Assembly: GCA_030704615.1 (NCBI GenBank)
Contig: CM060732.1
Location: 54,808,001 to 54,872,000 of the forward strand
From: Takakia lepidozioides
Lineage: Eukaryota; Plantae; Bryophyta
Direction: 5' to 3'
Length of the DNA stretch: 64,000 bases
Shown here: positions 49,526 to 62,100 of the stretch, in pieces
Numbering within the stretch: the stretch's first letter is position 1
Layout of the letters: every line of letters begins with the position of its first letter
The notes under the pieces: model-generated
Database searches by the model: none
The model's input: only the letters and a program-made list of their open reading frames with translations
What the model was told of the DNA's origin: nothing
Translations under genes and position numbers: made by a program

Positions 49526-49750
49526 AAAAATAAAATAAAATAAAACACCTGGGAGCGACAGCTCACAAATCAGGCCCCTTCATAGTGAGAGGAGAAAATA
49601 ACCTCTTTCACAGTAACCGTGCCATGGAGGCTGAGAAATGGGACACCGCAGTGGGAAGGGGGGGAAGAGTATACCACACCCGTCAAGTAGCAGGATTTGA
49701 CCCCGGAGTCAGGTGGCACTCAGTGCACTAACCAACTAAGCTACTGACTG
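49526..49750 (-). mobile_element. tRNA-derived SINE-like element
   Basis: Minus strand: A-box TAGCTTAGTTGG, B-box-like GGGTCAAATCC, unrelated body, (TTTTA)n tail. Confidence 0.65.
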
Positions 49751-52700
49751 TTGGTATTCACAACATTTGTAAGTTGTGAATACTTGTGTACTCCATATGA
49801 ATGCAAGAACAGTCTTGCAAGGTGCATGTTCTCTGATTGAATAATCACCCACACGAGGATCATTTCAATTCAAAACATCTTTTGAATGTTGAATGACATG
49901 ACATTGCCGTCATAGTTGAAACAATGATGTGTAAAGTATAATTATATTAAAATTATAATATATCACGAAGATAATAAATGAACAAATTGATAAAGTAAAT
50001 TTAGTATGTACCGTACTTACCTAGCTTATTAGGCACTTCCGCGCCTAATAATTAATAAAAATAGAATATTATTAGGCAGATTCGTTTTTATTATTTAGGC
50101 ACCTCACCTAGGTAATTTCCAAACCCTGGATAAATGTTACCTGCTTTTTTTGTTATGTCACCCTTAATGTTATGAAATCTTTGCTCTCAGAGTGTAAAAT
50201 TTCTTGCAAACATGCACATCGAGGATGATGATGTTCCCGACTTTAACATTATCTCAGATTCAGAAGATTCACATGAGATAGGTGATGAGACTTATAAGGA
50301 TGTAGTTGCATCAATGCACGACCCTATGGAAGTTGCGTGGACACGAAATCTTAAATTGTAGGCATTTTTGCCATTTTTTTGGAGCGTTCATTTGTTTTTC
50401 CATTTTTTGGCCATTTTAATTTCATCCATTCATCCAAAATAAATCTTTAAATGAGTTTCACTGTCAGTTCATCCAATTGTTGTCAGCTCAGCGTTTGCAC
50501 TATCATTCGTTCATACGTTCATCCAATAGTTGCCAGCAAGGCGTTTGTTGTATCATTCGTTCATACGTTCATCCAGTGCACAAAAGTTATGTTTGATACG
50601 TTCATCCAATAGTTGCCAGCAAGGCATTTGTGTATCATTCGTTGAGATAATACAGTTGTTTTGTTTCACTAACCTTAACCAGCAGTCGATTAGTTTTACT
50701 GTTAATCTGCTGGGTCAGTGAAACAATAGTTAAATATTTTTACTACTTATTATCCTAATACTTAACGCGACCTAACAACCCTAAATTCGAGCACATTCAT
50801 CCTAAGTCATCCTAATTCATCCTAGTTCACTCATCCTAATTCATCCTAATTCATCCAAATCATTCATTCATCCATTCATTCATTCACATGGTGTGGCTTA
50901 GTGCCCGCGAGCAATGATATGTTGACACGTCGTCATTTGCAATCACATCCTGCATATGTTTCATCCATTTATGTTTGCATCGTCCACATAGACACTCCTT
51001 GGGCAACCGGCAATCGCCACGTGCAGTTGTGAATACTGGCAGTCATACATTCTCATGCCCACATCATCCTGTTGCAGTTTTGGCCATGACTCCTAGTCGT
51101 ATCTACCATCTTCCCCTATCTGGTCAAACGTGTTTGACCGCAGATCCTGACGTGGCGGAGGTACAAGGTGACATATATGACTTCTGTTGGTCACAAATGG
51201 CAACCAGGACTGCCCCCTTGCATTTTGTAGACATATATGCTACGACTGGGCAAATGTGACAGACGTTAAAGCCGGAATCTGTTGTAGTGAGGGGATACTT
51301 TGTCTTTTGGGATATTAGTCTGTTAGAAATCAGTCTGTTGTCGCGCAAATTACTCTGTGCCAGTCTCTTCGTCAGTCTGTTGAACCTTCCATCTGCTGGA
51401 CTGTCCGTGCAGTGGCATACGAGTCTGTTGTTGCGCAAGTTTGTTTGCAGTGGGTCTGTTCGGCCGTTATGTCATTAGGTTTAAGTCTGCTGGACGCAAT
51501 AAATGCAGCGACGGCGGTAAGGAGGCCCAGTCACGTCGCGGCACGTCATTAGACTCCGCACCAGACTCCTCACTCGCCTTAGTCTCTTCGTCAGTTTGCT
51601 TAACCTCAGTCGTCAGTCTGTCCTTGCGGTGGCATATGAATCTGTTGTCGAGGGTACTGGGTCTGCACGGCCGTCTTTGTCATCAGGAGTAAGTCTGCTG
51701 GACTTAATGAATGCGACGACGGCAGACTGACGATAGTCCCACTCATCCCGTCTGCTGGACTATCCGTGTAGTGGCATACGAGTCTGTCCGTGCAGTGGCA
51801 TACCGCCAGCACGGGTGAGGGGTCTGCAACTATTTAGTGCGATGGCAGCCAAAAATGGGCGCCAGTGAAATCTCGCCATGTCACTCCATATCTCGCCATG
51901 GCCAGTTCAAAGTTCAATGAGGGTGGTGAATGCGGCCACCGCCAGACTCCGTGGCGCAAACCCAAAGGCCCGTACTTTGGCGAAGGTGCGCGCACGGTAT
52001 GGGGCGGGTTCGGATGTTTCAATGCAAGATGTGCATGACCTGACATCGCCATCGCCTGTGGCTCCCAGAAAAAAGGAAACTTAGTGATGGGGCCTAGAAG
52101 AAGAAAAGAGAAAAGGCTGCAAGGTCTGCACGGGAGGTGAGGGCAAAATCTCAACAGCAGACTCGTCCCCAAGGCAGTCGGGAAGTGTCACGGGCTGTGC
52201 CGGGGAGACGGTCTACGCAGCAGACGCAGACCATCAGTATTTTGAGTGAGAGCCTGTCTGCTGAGCCGTCTGCAGACATCATTCGGAATGATGAATTCGT
52301 AGGTATGGGAGGTGTCTCATCTCCCGTCGACATTGTCTTGCCTGACCAGTCGAGGGTTCACGTGGACAAAGTCCAGTCGAAAGAGACTACCAGTGGAGTC
52401 TGTCCTGGCACATTGCGCCTCATACCATTTGGGCTTCTCCCATCGGTGTGCCCATCAGTGGACGATCCAGACTTCTTCCATTTTTTCTACAGTTTTGCCC
52501 AGTCCGGACAGCTCAGCAGAACCATCCGAGCAACGGAGGAAAATTGGTTGAGCTCCCTTGAAGATGAGGAGGACGTCTGTGTCGACGATGACAATGAGGT
52601 AATGCCCAGTCTGTCCCCATAGTTGGTAGTCTGTTGCGTCAGTCTGCTGCGTCCCCTCCTGCAGTCCACTGTGTGCAGGTGTCCACTGTGAGTTTGCTCA

Positions 52701-53394
52701 TGAGTCTGTTTGTGAGTCTACTCGTAGTTGGTAGTCTACCTGCTCGGTCTACTGCGTCAGTCTGCTTGTGGACTTGTTGGTCAGTCCCATGCTTGTGGAC
52801 TTGCTCGTCAGTCCCTGGAGTCCGCTGGTTCCTTTGTTCTGTGCCACGATGCTGTTGAGTCTGCTGGCGAGTCTGCTGCTAGTGAGTCTGATGCTAAGTT
52901 TTTGGGTTTTTTGTCATATACCAGGATGAACGAGCCAGTATTCGGGAGGCCGTGTGTGATTGGCGGACAGTGAGCTCCGACCCTCCTTTAGCAGTGAATG
53001 CGGTGCGCCGGGAAGTGGAGCGGGTGCAGGGGTACATCTTGTTTAAGTACCCTGGCTCAGCAGTCTCCATAAACAGCACTGAACTCTGCAGACAAAGCAC
53101 GCGCCAACTCCCCGGTCAACACCATACTCACTGCAGACTCGGTGGACACAGAGGTCACCCAATCTGGCATCCAGCAGACTCTTTCCCAGCAGACTCTTTC
53201 CAAGCAGACTCACAATCAGCACAGTCTTGTCCAGCACACTCCCATGTACCAAGACTCTCGTCCAACATACTCCCATCTAGCAGACTGCTTTGCAGACTCC
53301 CAGCCAGCAGACTGCCACCCAGAAGACGCCCATCCACCACAGTGTTGTCTAGCGGACTCCAAGCCAGCAGACTCCCATTGAGCGGACTCCCGTT

Positions 53395-54136
53395 GTGACG
53401 ACCACCACGGGACTTTTTAGAGTTTGGCGCTCGTCATTGCCGCTCATTGATCCCGAAGCTGTGGACCTGACACTTGCCCGTCTGAGGGTGGGGGAAGTCA
53501 ATGCCAATGTGGATTGGTATAATGAGCTCCATCGCATTGTCACGGATGGCCGGTGGCCTTTTGTTTCCTTTCATTATTCCATGGAATTTACTATGGCAGA
53601 AGCGAATGAAGTCCTCGAAAGCACACATTCTGTTGCCATGGCAGCCACGAAGGTCCAAAATGCCCTGCCACTGCTTGTCCAATTAATCCTCATGGATGAC
53701 ACGGCCTCAGGAACTCAGACATATGCCCATGGCACATCCTACCTTTGGGGTGCGGGGAAAGCACTTGCTTGGAATTACTGAAGAGTACTTTGATCACATT
53801 GCTAATTCTTTCCTTCACCATCGATGGATGCAGTTCGGCAATTTCCGTTCATACAATAAATTGGTAAATGACCTGCAAAGTTTGAGGAAGTATTTGTTTC
53901 ATTCATATTCGGATGCGGGTAAGAAGAGTGTTGTGGATGAAGCGTTGCAATGGTTTGCTGCGGTAATGGATCGAGCAGTGTTCGATATTGTGTTGAACAG
54001 ACCGGATGTGTTCAAAGTCCTTTGGTGCGGCTCCCCATTTGAAAACCGCATGCCAGCGATTCGCCATCTCGATGGAGCGTGCTTGGGACGCCAAATCAAA
54101 AGATATTGGTCTCATTGGCAACCTCCTAGAAGGTAA
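53395..54136 (+). pseudogene. Unknown accessory ORF (two overlapping frames), opposite to the transposase
   Basis: Overlapping 128-aa and 146-aa ORFs with globular-looking composition inside the MULE region; no recognised motif. Confidence 0.4.
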
Positions 54137-55379
54137 TGTCGACTTCTTCTAGACCGTTGTGAAGTTCATGGTCTTTTCTTCCACCATCCTGTCAGACTCA
54201 CTTTGTCCAACTCATCTGTTTCAGGAATGTCCGATTGTGACGAGCACGTGCAGTGTGCTTTCGATTCCCTTGCCAGAGGTGCACGAGATGTTGTGCTGGC
54301 GTTACAGGGACTCAATGACACCGTTCAGCAGACTGCTGACGACGCCATTGCTCAGCATACTGACCCACTGCAACAAAAAGAGCATGGACGGACTGTCAAC
54401 ACTATCCCAGCCACTGTTCAGGAGAGTGGGCGCACTACAGGCCACACCGAGGACGAGGAGACTCATGAGCAGATCGGCGAGCAGACTAAAGGACTGCCTC
54501 TGCACCAGACCGTGCAGCATACCGATGACATCGCTGTCAAGCAGACCGTCCAGCATACCAATGAGCAGACCGGGCTGCAGACGGATGACCTGGCTGTGCA
54601 CCAGCAGACTGTGCAGCATACCAATGACCAGACCGTCCAGCAGACTAAAAGCAGGCACCACAATGACATTGCTCTGCAGACTATCTAGCAGATTCACGAC
54701 CACACTGACTCGGAGGACCCAACTACACTTCTTGTCCACCAGTCCGGATCCTGGCTCGTTGAACAGAGTCGGCTGCACTGGCCTCAACGGGACCTTGTCT
54801 CTGAATTTGTGCGGAGTTCTATCAGTGCATTGACGGAGTCTTCTTTTCCCGCCGGGCCATCTTCACATATTGGCGCATCGTTTGAGGATATAAGCCGGGC
54901 ACCGGTAAACCATTCTTCTCCAGTGGCCCATGGCCTGCCATCTATTTCCATTCAGCTCAGCCCGGTTTTCGTTCGTTCGCTTGCGGAAGCTCTAGATGAT
55001 TCTTACATGACCAACCACAATATGGGAACTCAACCCCGTATCATTGACCTTACTGAAGAACTAGACGATGTAGTTGCCGCGGATAATTTAGATGTCAGCA
55101 GTCCCCTCCGGCAGACTGGCCTGCCACCGGACTTACCCAGACTTTGCTGGCAGCACACCCGAGCAGACTGACCTTGCAGCATACTTGAGCAAGTGAGTCT
55201 TCCAGCGGACTTCGTTAGAGGACATTATCATCGGACTGGTTTGCCAGCAGACTTGCAGAATTGAATGGGCCGGACTTGCAGCCAGGACTGCGTGTATGGC
55301 AGGGGACTTGCTGAAGAGACAGACAATGGACGCAGACGACGGACTTGCACGCGAGTGTACAGGAGGGTATATGAAACTT

Positions 55380-56849
55380 ATGTAATGGCGTTTATTTCGG
55401 CGTCGGCATCGTCCACAATGAAGGCATTGGGTCGCCAGTCCGACATTTCTGCGAGGAGAGAGTCCCGCAAGGCTGCCATCCACGACACCGGGTCTGTTGT
55501 CTGCTCACGCGCGCATATGATGTACGCAATTGGTATACCGTTAAGCTACTCGTCGAAGACCATCAACGTGTACAATGGGAACTGTTCAAATGCAGAATGT
55601 CAGATGTTGCCAGTGTGCGTATATCCACTACTTCTGCAAGTGGATAGATTGTGAAAGGGATGAAGAGTACCTTGTGGTGATTTGTCCCGAAGGTTGCATC
55701 GCATGCAACGATACGGGCATGGCCTAATTGAAGCATTCGCTTCTTCTGCCACTCAGTCTGTATGCCGATTGTGAATGTTAAGTCGCCATCGTAGTGCTTG
55801 AATGTTGGCGCCAGCCTCTTGATAGAAAAAGACCGATTTCGGGTTTTGGTCTTTCCACATGCGGACACTCTCCGCATCGTTGGCATGTTGTTTAAACGTT
55901 TGTCATGCCCATTTCTCAGCCAGGTTGCGCACATCCTGCTCCAGCAAAAAATTGTCCCGTGTCCATGCATCCCCCAACCCGGTGTTGTTCATGACGTGCT
56001 CTTTATGTTCCATCATGATTTGGGTGACTAACAGGCCTCAGCACAGACACTCAATGACCCATGCTTTCAATTCCTCGCTAATGTGTGGTGCATAGGCGTG
56101 GCGAGTGTTTCTGAACTCAATGGACTTCCCATGACAGGCGTTCTCTTTCGCGTCTGTATGCTCCATATTGTTGTAGTACATGAGGACACAAATGTCGGGG
56201 GCGAGATAGCATTGCTGGACCTTGAAACAGCACTGACAACCACGCTTGTAAGACTCTCCATATTCCGACTTCTTTCTCCTTGGGCCTTTATGAGGGTGAG
56301 ATGTTCCAGCACCCACAAGAGGTCCTCCACGTTTCAGTTTGGGATCCTCCACTATCGCATTGTTGGTGCGCTTGTCATCTGGACCGTAGCAGCATTGATA
56401 CCTGGACATAAAAATCACAATGGATATCCATCGACTTCTGGAAGCATGAAATCACAGAACGTGGGTACGAAAAATGGCAACAGACATGCAATCAGACTAC
56501 AAAAGGACGACGAGGATGGAACACACATGATACTGTTCAGAGAACTGCTGGCTCTCGGCTCTTTTAGCATGCCAGGTTGCACTTTAGTATGGACATTCAC
56601 CCAAAACTGAGTGGGGTAGTCCACCAAACTCTCCTCTCCAAGGAGAAAGTCATCAACTCTATCCCACGGTATGCAGGCCTTCAGAACATTCTGTCTGGCA
56701 CCCATATAACCATATTGCGTGTCTCTCTTCCATTGGAGGTCCTTCGTGTTGAAAGGTCCTGGTTTGGGTGTTTGCAAACTTTGTCGAAGAGGCCGTATAA
56801 TCCAGCATCCCATTTTTAGTATATCATCACCTTCTGCTTCCACGTCCAT
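55380..56849 (-). pseudogene. MULE transposase (spliced, premature stops, C-terminally truncated)
   Basis: SYKRGCQCCFKV..YNNMEH; QTEWQ..ML; ACDATFGTN; PLYTLMVFDE*LNGIPIAY; WRPNAFIVDDADAEINAI. Confidence 0.85.
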
Positions 56850-58139
56850 GCCCTGTACAGTACAGATGACACGCTTCAGAACCTGCAAGAAACGCGCCGC
56901 AGTACACTGGACACGATGGACAACGTGCAAGGAGCATCAGTGCGCACGTTTGCGGCTGCTGGCAAGTGGCAGGCGGTAGGGATAAGGTTTGAATTCATGC
57001 CCTAAAATGGAGGGCTCAGATGGCATTTGCGAACGGACGGTCCAGATGCGGCATCATCAGTGGACTGGAGGAAATCAGACTCATGGGCGGCGGACTGGCG
57101 GACAGATTGTTGGGTGGACTGGCCGGGACTAGCACAACGGACTGGCATGGATGGTGCGGATGGGTTTCTCAGAATGGACGATCCAGATCCTTCGGCCGGC
57201 GCGGACTGGCAGACTGGGGGGCAGCAGACGGGCACAACGGACTGTTGGGTGGACTTGCGGGGACTGGCGGTTTGGCGGACTGGCCGGCAGACTGGCGGTT
57301 TGGCGGACTGAGGGGAATTGGACTCACGGGCAGCGGACTGGCGGGCGGACTGGGGGCGCGGCTGGTGGGGCCGCGGCAGCAGGTGGGCGACCGCGCGCAG
57401 CGGCGGGCGGGGGGGGGCCGGGCGTCCGTGCGCGGGGCCCACCGGTCAGCTCGCGCGTGCGCCATAACGTCCCAATTATTGTAAAATGAGAGGCACCTCT
57501 AATTAGCTTGAAGCTACTTTGCCGAACAAGTTAGTATTCAAACATTAAAGTACTGCATGTATTAAAATAACTTATTTCAAGCTGTAAACCCGTTGTCAAA
57601 CAAAAACTATGCAACTAAACTATATATACATAAAAATTAGGATAGTCATTGCAAATCATTTGTAGCCCTTGTATAATTTTTTCAGTTCTGAACTAATACA
57701 CTAAGACCACAAACCTCAAAGAGTCAGCCATGATAAGGACACCACAATTTTAGCATTTAGTGTGTGAGAGAGCGAAATTGGAGGCTAACCATCCAAGTGG
57801 ACTTCGACATTGCAAACCTAAAATTCAATAATGCAAATAAAGCTCCAAGGGCTTCCTCCCCTTTTTCAAACAAAACAAAATAAAAATAAACCTAAAAGGC
57901 CGCAAACCCACGATTATTTGTGACTGGAATACTAGCCTATAATCCATCTAGGAGGGGAAAAACAAAACAAAACAAAAAAAAAACCTAGGATTCATCATAA
58001 TCCAAGTGCCCATATTGGGGATGGAAACTTCAGACATCATGTGATTTTCATTTGTGCTGAACACAAAGAGAATAAATGGAGATGGGGAGAATGGAACGAA
58101 AACTTTAGGAAGAACATACATTGGGGTAGTGTGCTTCAA

Positions 58140-61100
58140 GGAAAACAATCGATACAATCAATATATGAAGGAAGCCAATTTGTTTGTTTTGTAGCGTTGA
58201 GATGTCCCAAACCGCAAGGCCCCAGCCCGGTGCTTGGTACCGTTTGGAAAGCCCTCGATGAGGAGGGGTGCACCGGCTTGGTCTCATGATTTTTGGACAT
58301 GCGGTGTGGGAGATGTGGCATTTCAAGTACTTTTGGTCGCTGGAAATTTGGGAAAATTTGCAAAGTGGGCTTTCCTGGGAGCCTCGGTGGGAGATATATC
58401 AATAATGAATGGATATATTACCAATAAATTAATGGAAAAAAAATTAATTGGGCCTTGACATGGGAGACGTACTTGGATACATAGGAGATTGCATTTGGGC
58501 ATGTTACATGACATTGGACACTTGGGCCTCTACATGGGAGATGCACTTGGATACATAGATAGAAGATTTCACTTAGGCTTAGATGGGCATCGACATAGGA
58601 GACGCACTTGGATACGTAGGAAATTGCACATAGACATAGATTTCAATTCTTCACACATGGGCCAACGGCATTGGCTACCCTAGAGGTCGCACTTGGGCCT
58701 CGACATAGGAGATGCATTGGGATACATAGGAAATTGCACTTGGTCACTTAGATTTCAACTCTTCATACATGGGCCAAAGGCACATGCTACCCTAGAGGTC
58801 GCACTTGGGCCTCAACATAAAAGAGGCACTAGGATACATAAAAGATCTTACACTTGGACACTTGGGCCAACAGCACACAGACTACCCTAGTCAATATATG
58901 AAGCGAGATGTTGGTTTGTTTGTTTTGTAGCGTTGAGATGTCCCAAACCGCGTGGCCCCGGCTCTGGTGCTTGGAACCGTTGGAAAGCCCTCGACGAGGA
59001 GGGGTGCACCGGCTTGGTCTCATGATTTTTGGACATGCGGTGTGGGAGATACGGAATTCCAAGTACTTTTGGTCGCTGGAAATTCACAAAAAATAGCAAA
59101 AATGGCAAAGTGGGCATTCATGGGACAATGGTTGGAGCCTCGAGGGGAGAGATATCAAGGGAAAGGTCTCCGGTTCAAATCTGGCTCGTTGGAAAAAAAA
59201 AAAATGATTAGATATGGGATTGCACTTGGACTTAGATGACATTGGACACTTGAGCCTATACATGGGAGATGCACTTGGATACATGAAATTGCACTTGGGC
59301 CAACGGCATAAGCTACACTTGAGGTCGCACTTGGGCCTCAACATATGAGACCCACTTGGATACATAAGAAATTGCACTTGGGCTTAGATTTCAATTCTTC
59401 ACACATGGGACATTGGACGCTTGGGCCAACGGCATAGGCTACCCTAGGCTTTGTAAATTCATTGGACGGTAAAGAAACTTTATCTTATCAATATATGAAG
59501 CGAACATTTTGTTTTGTTTTGTAGCATTGAGATGTCCCAAACCGCAAGGCCCGAGCCCGGTGCTTGGTACCGTTGTAAAGCCCTCGAGGAGGAGGGGTGC
59601 ACCGGCTTGGTCTCATGATTTTTGGACCTGCAGTGTGGGAGATGTGGCATTTCAAGTGCTTTTGGTCGCTGGAAATTTGCGAAAAATAGCAAAGTGGGCT
59701 TTCCTGGGTGCCTCGACGGGAGATATATCAATAATGAATGGATATATTACTACTCAATAAATTAATGAAAAATAAATAAATAAAGGCTTGACATGGGAGA
59801 CGTACTTGAATACATAAGAGATTGCACTGGGGCAAGTTACATGATAGTGGACCCTTGGGCCTCTACATGGAAGATGCACTTGGATACGTAAATAGAAGAT
59901 TGCACTTGGGCTTAGATGGGCCTCGCCATAGGAGACGCACTTGGATATGTAGGAAATTGCACATGGACTTAGATTTCAATTCTTCACACATGGGCCAACG
60001 GAATAGGCTACACTAGAGGTCGCATTTGGACCTCGACATAGGAGATGCATTGGGATACATAGGAAATTCCACTTGGTCTTATATTTCAACTCTTCATGCA
60101 TGGGCCAAAGGCACATGCTACCCTAGAGGTCACACATGGACCTCGCACTGGGATACATAAAAGATCTTACACTTGGACTTGGATGACATTGGACACTTGG
60201 GCCAACGACACAGGCTTACCTAGTCAATATATGAAGTGAGACGTTAGTTTAGTTTTGTTTTGTTTTGTCTTGTCATTGAGATCTCTCAAACCGCGGTCTA
60301 GCCCTGGTGCTTGGTACCGTTGGAAAGCCCTCGACGAGGAGGGGTGCAGGGGCTTGGTCTCATAATTTTTGGACCTATGGTGTGGGAGATGTGGACTTTC
60401 ACGTACTTTTGGTCGCTGGAAATTCACGAAAAATAGCAAAGTGGGCATTCCTAGGACAATGGTTAGAGCCTCGACGGGAGAGAGATCAAGGGAAATGTCT
60501 CCGGTTCAAATCTGGTCGTAGGCTTTGTGGGAAAAAAAATTGATTAGACTTAGATGACATTGGACACTTGGCCAACGGCACAGGCTACCCTAGATATATC
60601 AATAATTATTGGATATATTATTACTGAATAAATCCATGGAAAAAATTAAATCGGGCCTTGACATGGGAGACATATATAGGATGGGCTTAGATGACACTTG
60701 ACACTTGGGCCTTGACAGAAAGATGCACTTGGACACATGAATAGAAGATTGCACTTGGGCTTAAATGAGCCTCGATATAGGAGACGCACTTGCATGCATA
60801 GGAAATTGCAGTTGGTCTTAGGTTTCAATTTTTCACACATGTGGGCCAAAGGCGTACGCTACACTAGAGATCACACTTGGGCCTCAACATAGGAGACGCA
60901 CTAGGATACATAGGAAATTGTACTTGCGCTTATATTTCAACTCTTCACACACATGGCCCATGTGTGAAGAATTGAAAATCTAAGACCAAGTGCAATTTCT
61001 TATATATCCAATGCATCTCCTACGTTGAGACCCATGTGCAACCTCTATTGTAGCATATGCCGTTGGCCCATGTGTGAAGAATTTAAATCTAAGTCAAAGT

Positions 61101-61800
61101 GCAATCTCCTATGTATCCAAGTGCATCTCCTATGTCCAAGCCCAAATGCGACCTCTAGGGTAGCATGTGCCATTGGCCCAAGTGTCCAATGTCATCTAAG
61201 CCCCAAGTGTATCTTCTATGACGTATCCAGTGTGTCCCCTATGTCCCCCTATGTCGAGGCCCAAGTGCAACCCTCTAGAGTAGCATGTGCATTTGGCCCA
61301 AAAGTACATGCTATCCTAGAGGTTGCACTTGGGCCTCCACATAGATCTTACACTTGGACTTAGATGACACTTGGGCCCACGGCACATGCTACCCTAGAGG
61401 TCGCATTTGGGCCTTGACATAGGAGACATGGAAACTCGCAAAAAATAGGAAAGGGGGCTTTCTTGGCCCAATGATCCGAGCCTCGAGGGGAGAGATATCA
61501 AGGAAAAGGTCTCCGGTTCAAATCTGGTCGTAGATTCCGTGGAAAAAAAATGATTAGACTTGGATGACTCAGATGACGTTGGACACTTGGGCCAACGGCA
61601 CAGGCTACTCTGGAGGTCATACTTGGGCCTAGAGATAGGAGACGCACTTGAATGCATAGGAGATTGCACTTGGGCTTACATGACCATGGACAGTTGGGCC
61701 AACGGCACAGGCTACCCTAGTGGTTTCACCAAAGAACGATTGCTTAGGTGACTTATAGACATACCACAAATAACAGGGCCAACGGCACAGGCTACCCTAG
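58140..61800. repeat. Complex satellite-like array with higher-order (~1.33 kb) periodicity
   Basis: Anchor caatatatgaag..gagat.tc.caaaccgc at ~58160, 58892, 59489 and 60224; internal gcacttgg(gc) subrepeats. Confidence 0.85.
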
Positions 61801-61969
61801 GTTTCAACCAAGAACAATTGCTTAGAGTGACTTATAGACATACCACAAATAACAGCACTGTCTGTCAAAGCATACCGACAACAACTCATCCAATTTAAAA
61901 TGTATTTCATCCAGAAGTTGGTAGATGTTTATCATCCAAAAAATGGTCCCCCAACAAACGTTATTTAAC

Positions 61970-62100
61970 GGAGAAGTTCACTCCAAGATTTGTAGATCCT
62001 TTCAAGTGGTAAGGAAAGTTGGAAAGGTCGCTTACAAATTGGACTTAGCCTTGGGAGCTTTAGAATTTATCCTGTGACACTTCTTAAACCATATGTAAAT
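61970..62100 (+). mobile_element. Gypsy integrase GPY/F-region remnant
   Basis: KFTPRFVDPF..VRKVGKVAYKLDL..LLKPY-like reading across a frameshift. Confidence 0.55.

Larger units (their letters stand above)
51000..57494 (-). mobile_element. Decayed Mutator-like (MULE) element; right TIR ends at 57494, left end not located
   Basis: Transposase remnants, plus terminal CCAATTATTGTAAAATGAGAGGC matching the MITE TIR at 32874-32896. Confidence 0.7.

Noticed and set aside
49670-49750. Functional tRNA gene
   Set aside because: No convincing cloverleaf; continues into a SINE-like body and T-rich tail
57002-57489. Several overlapping long ORFs
   Set aside because: By-product of GC-rich subterminal repeats of the MULE
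58140-61800. CRISPR-like array
   Set aside because: Degenerate nested subrepeats without unique spacers; eukaryotic context; no cas genes
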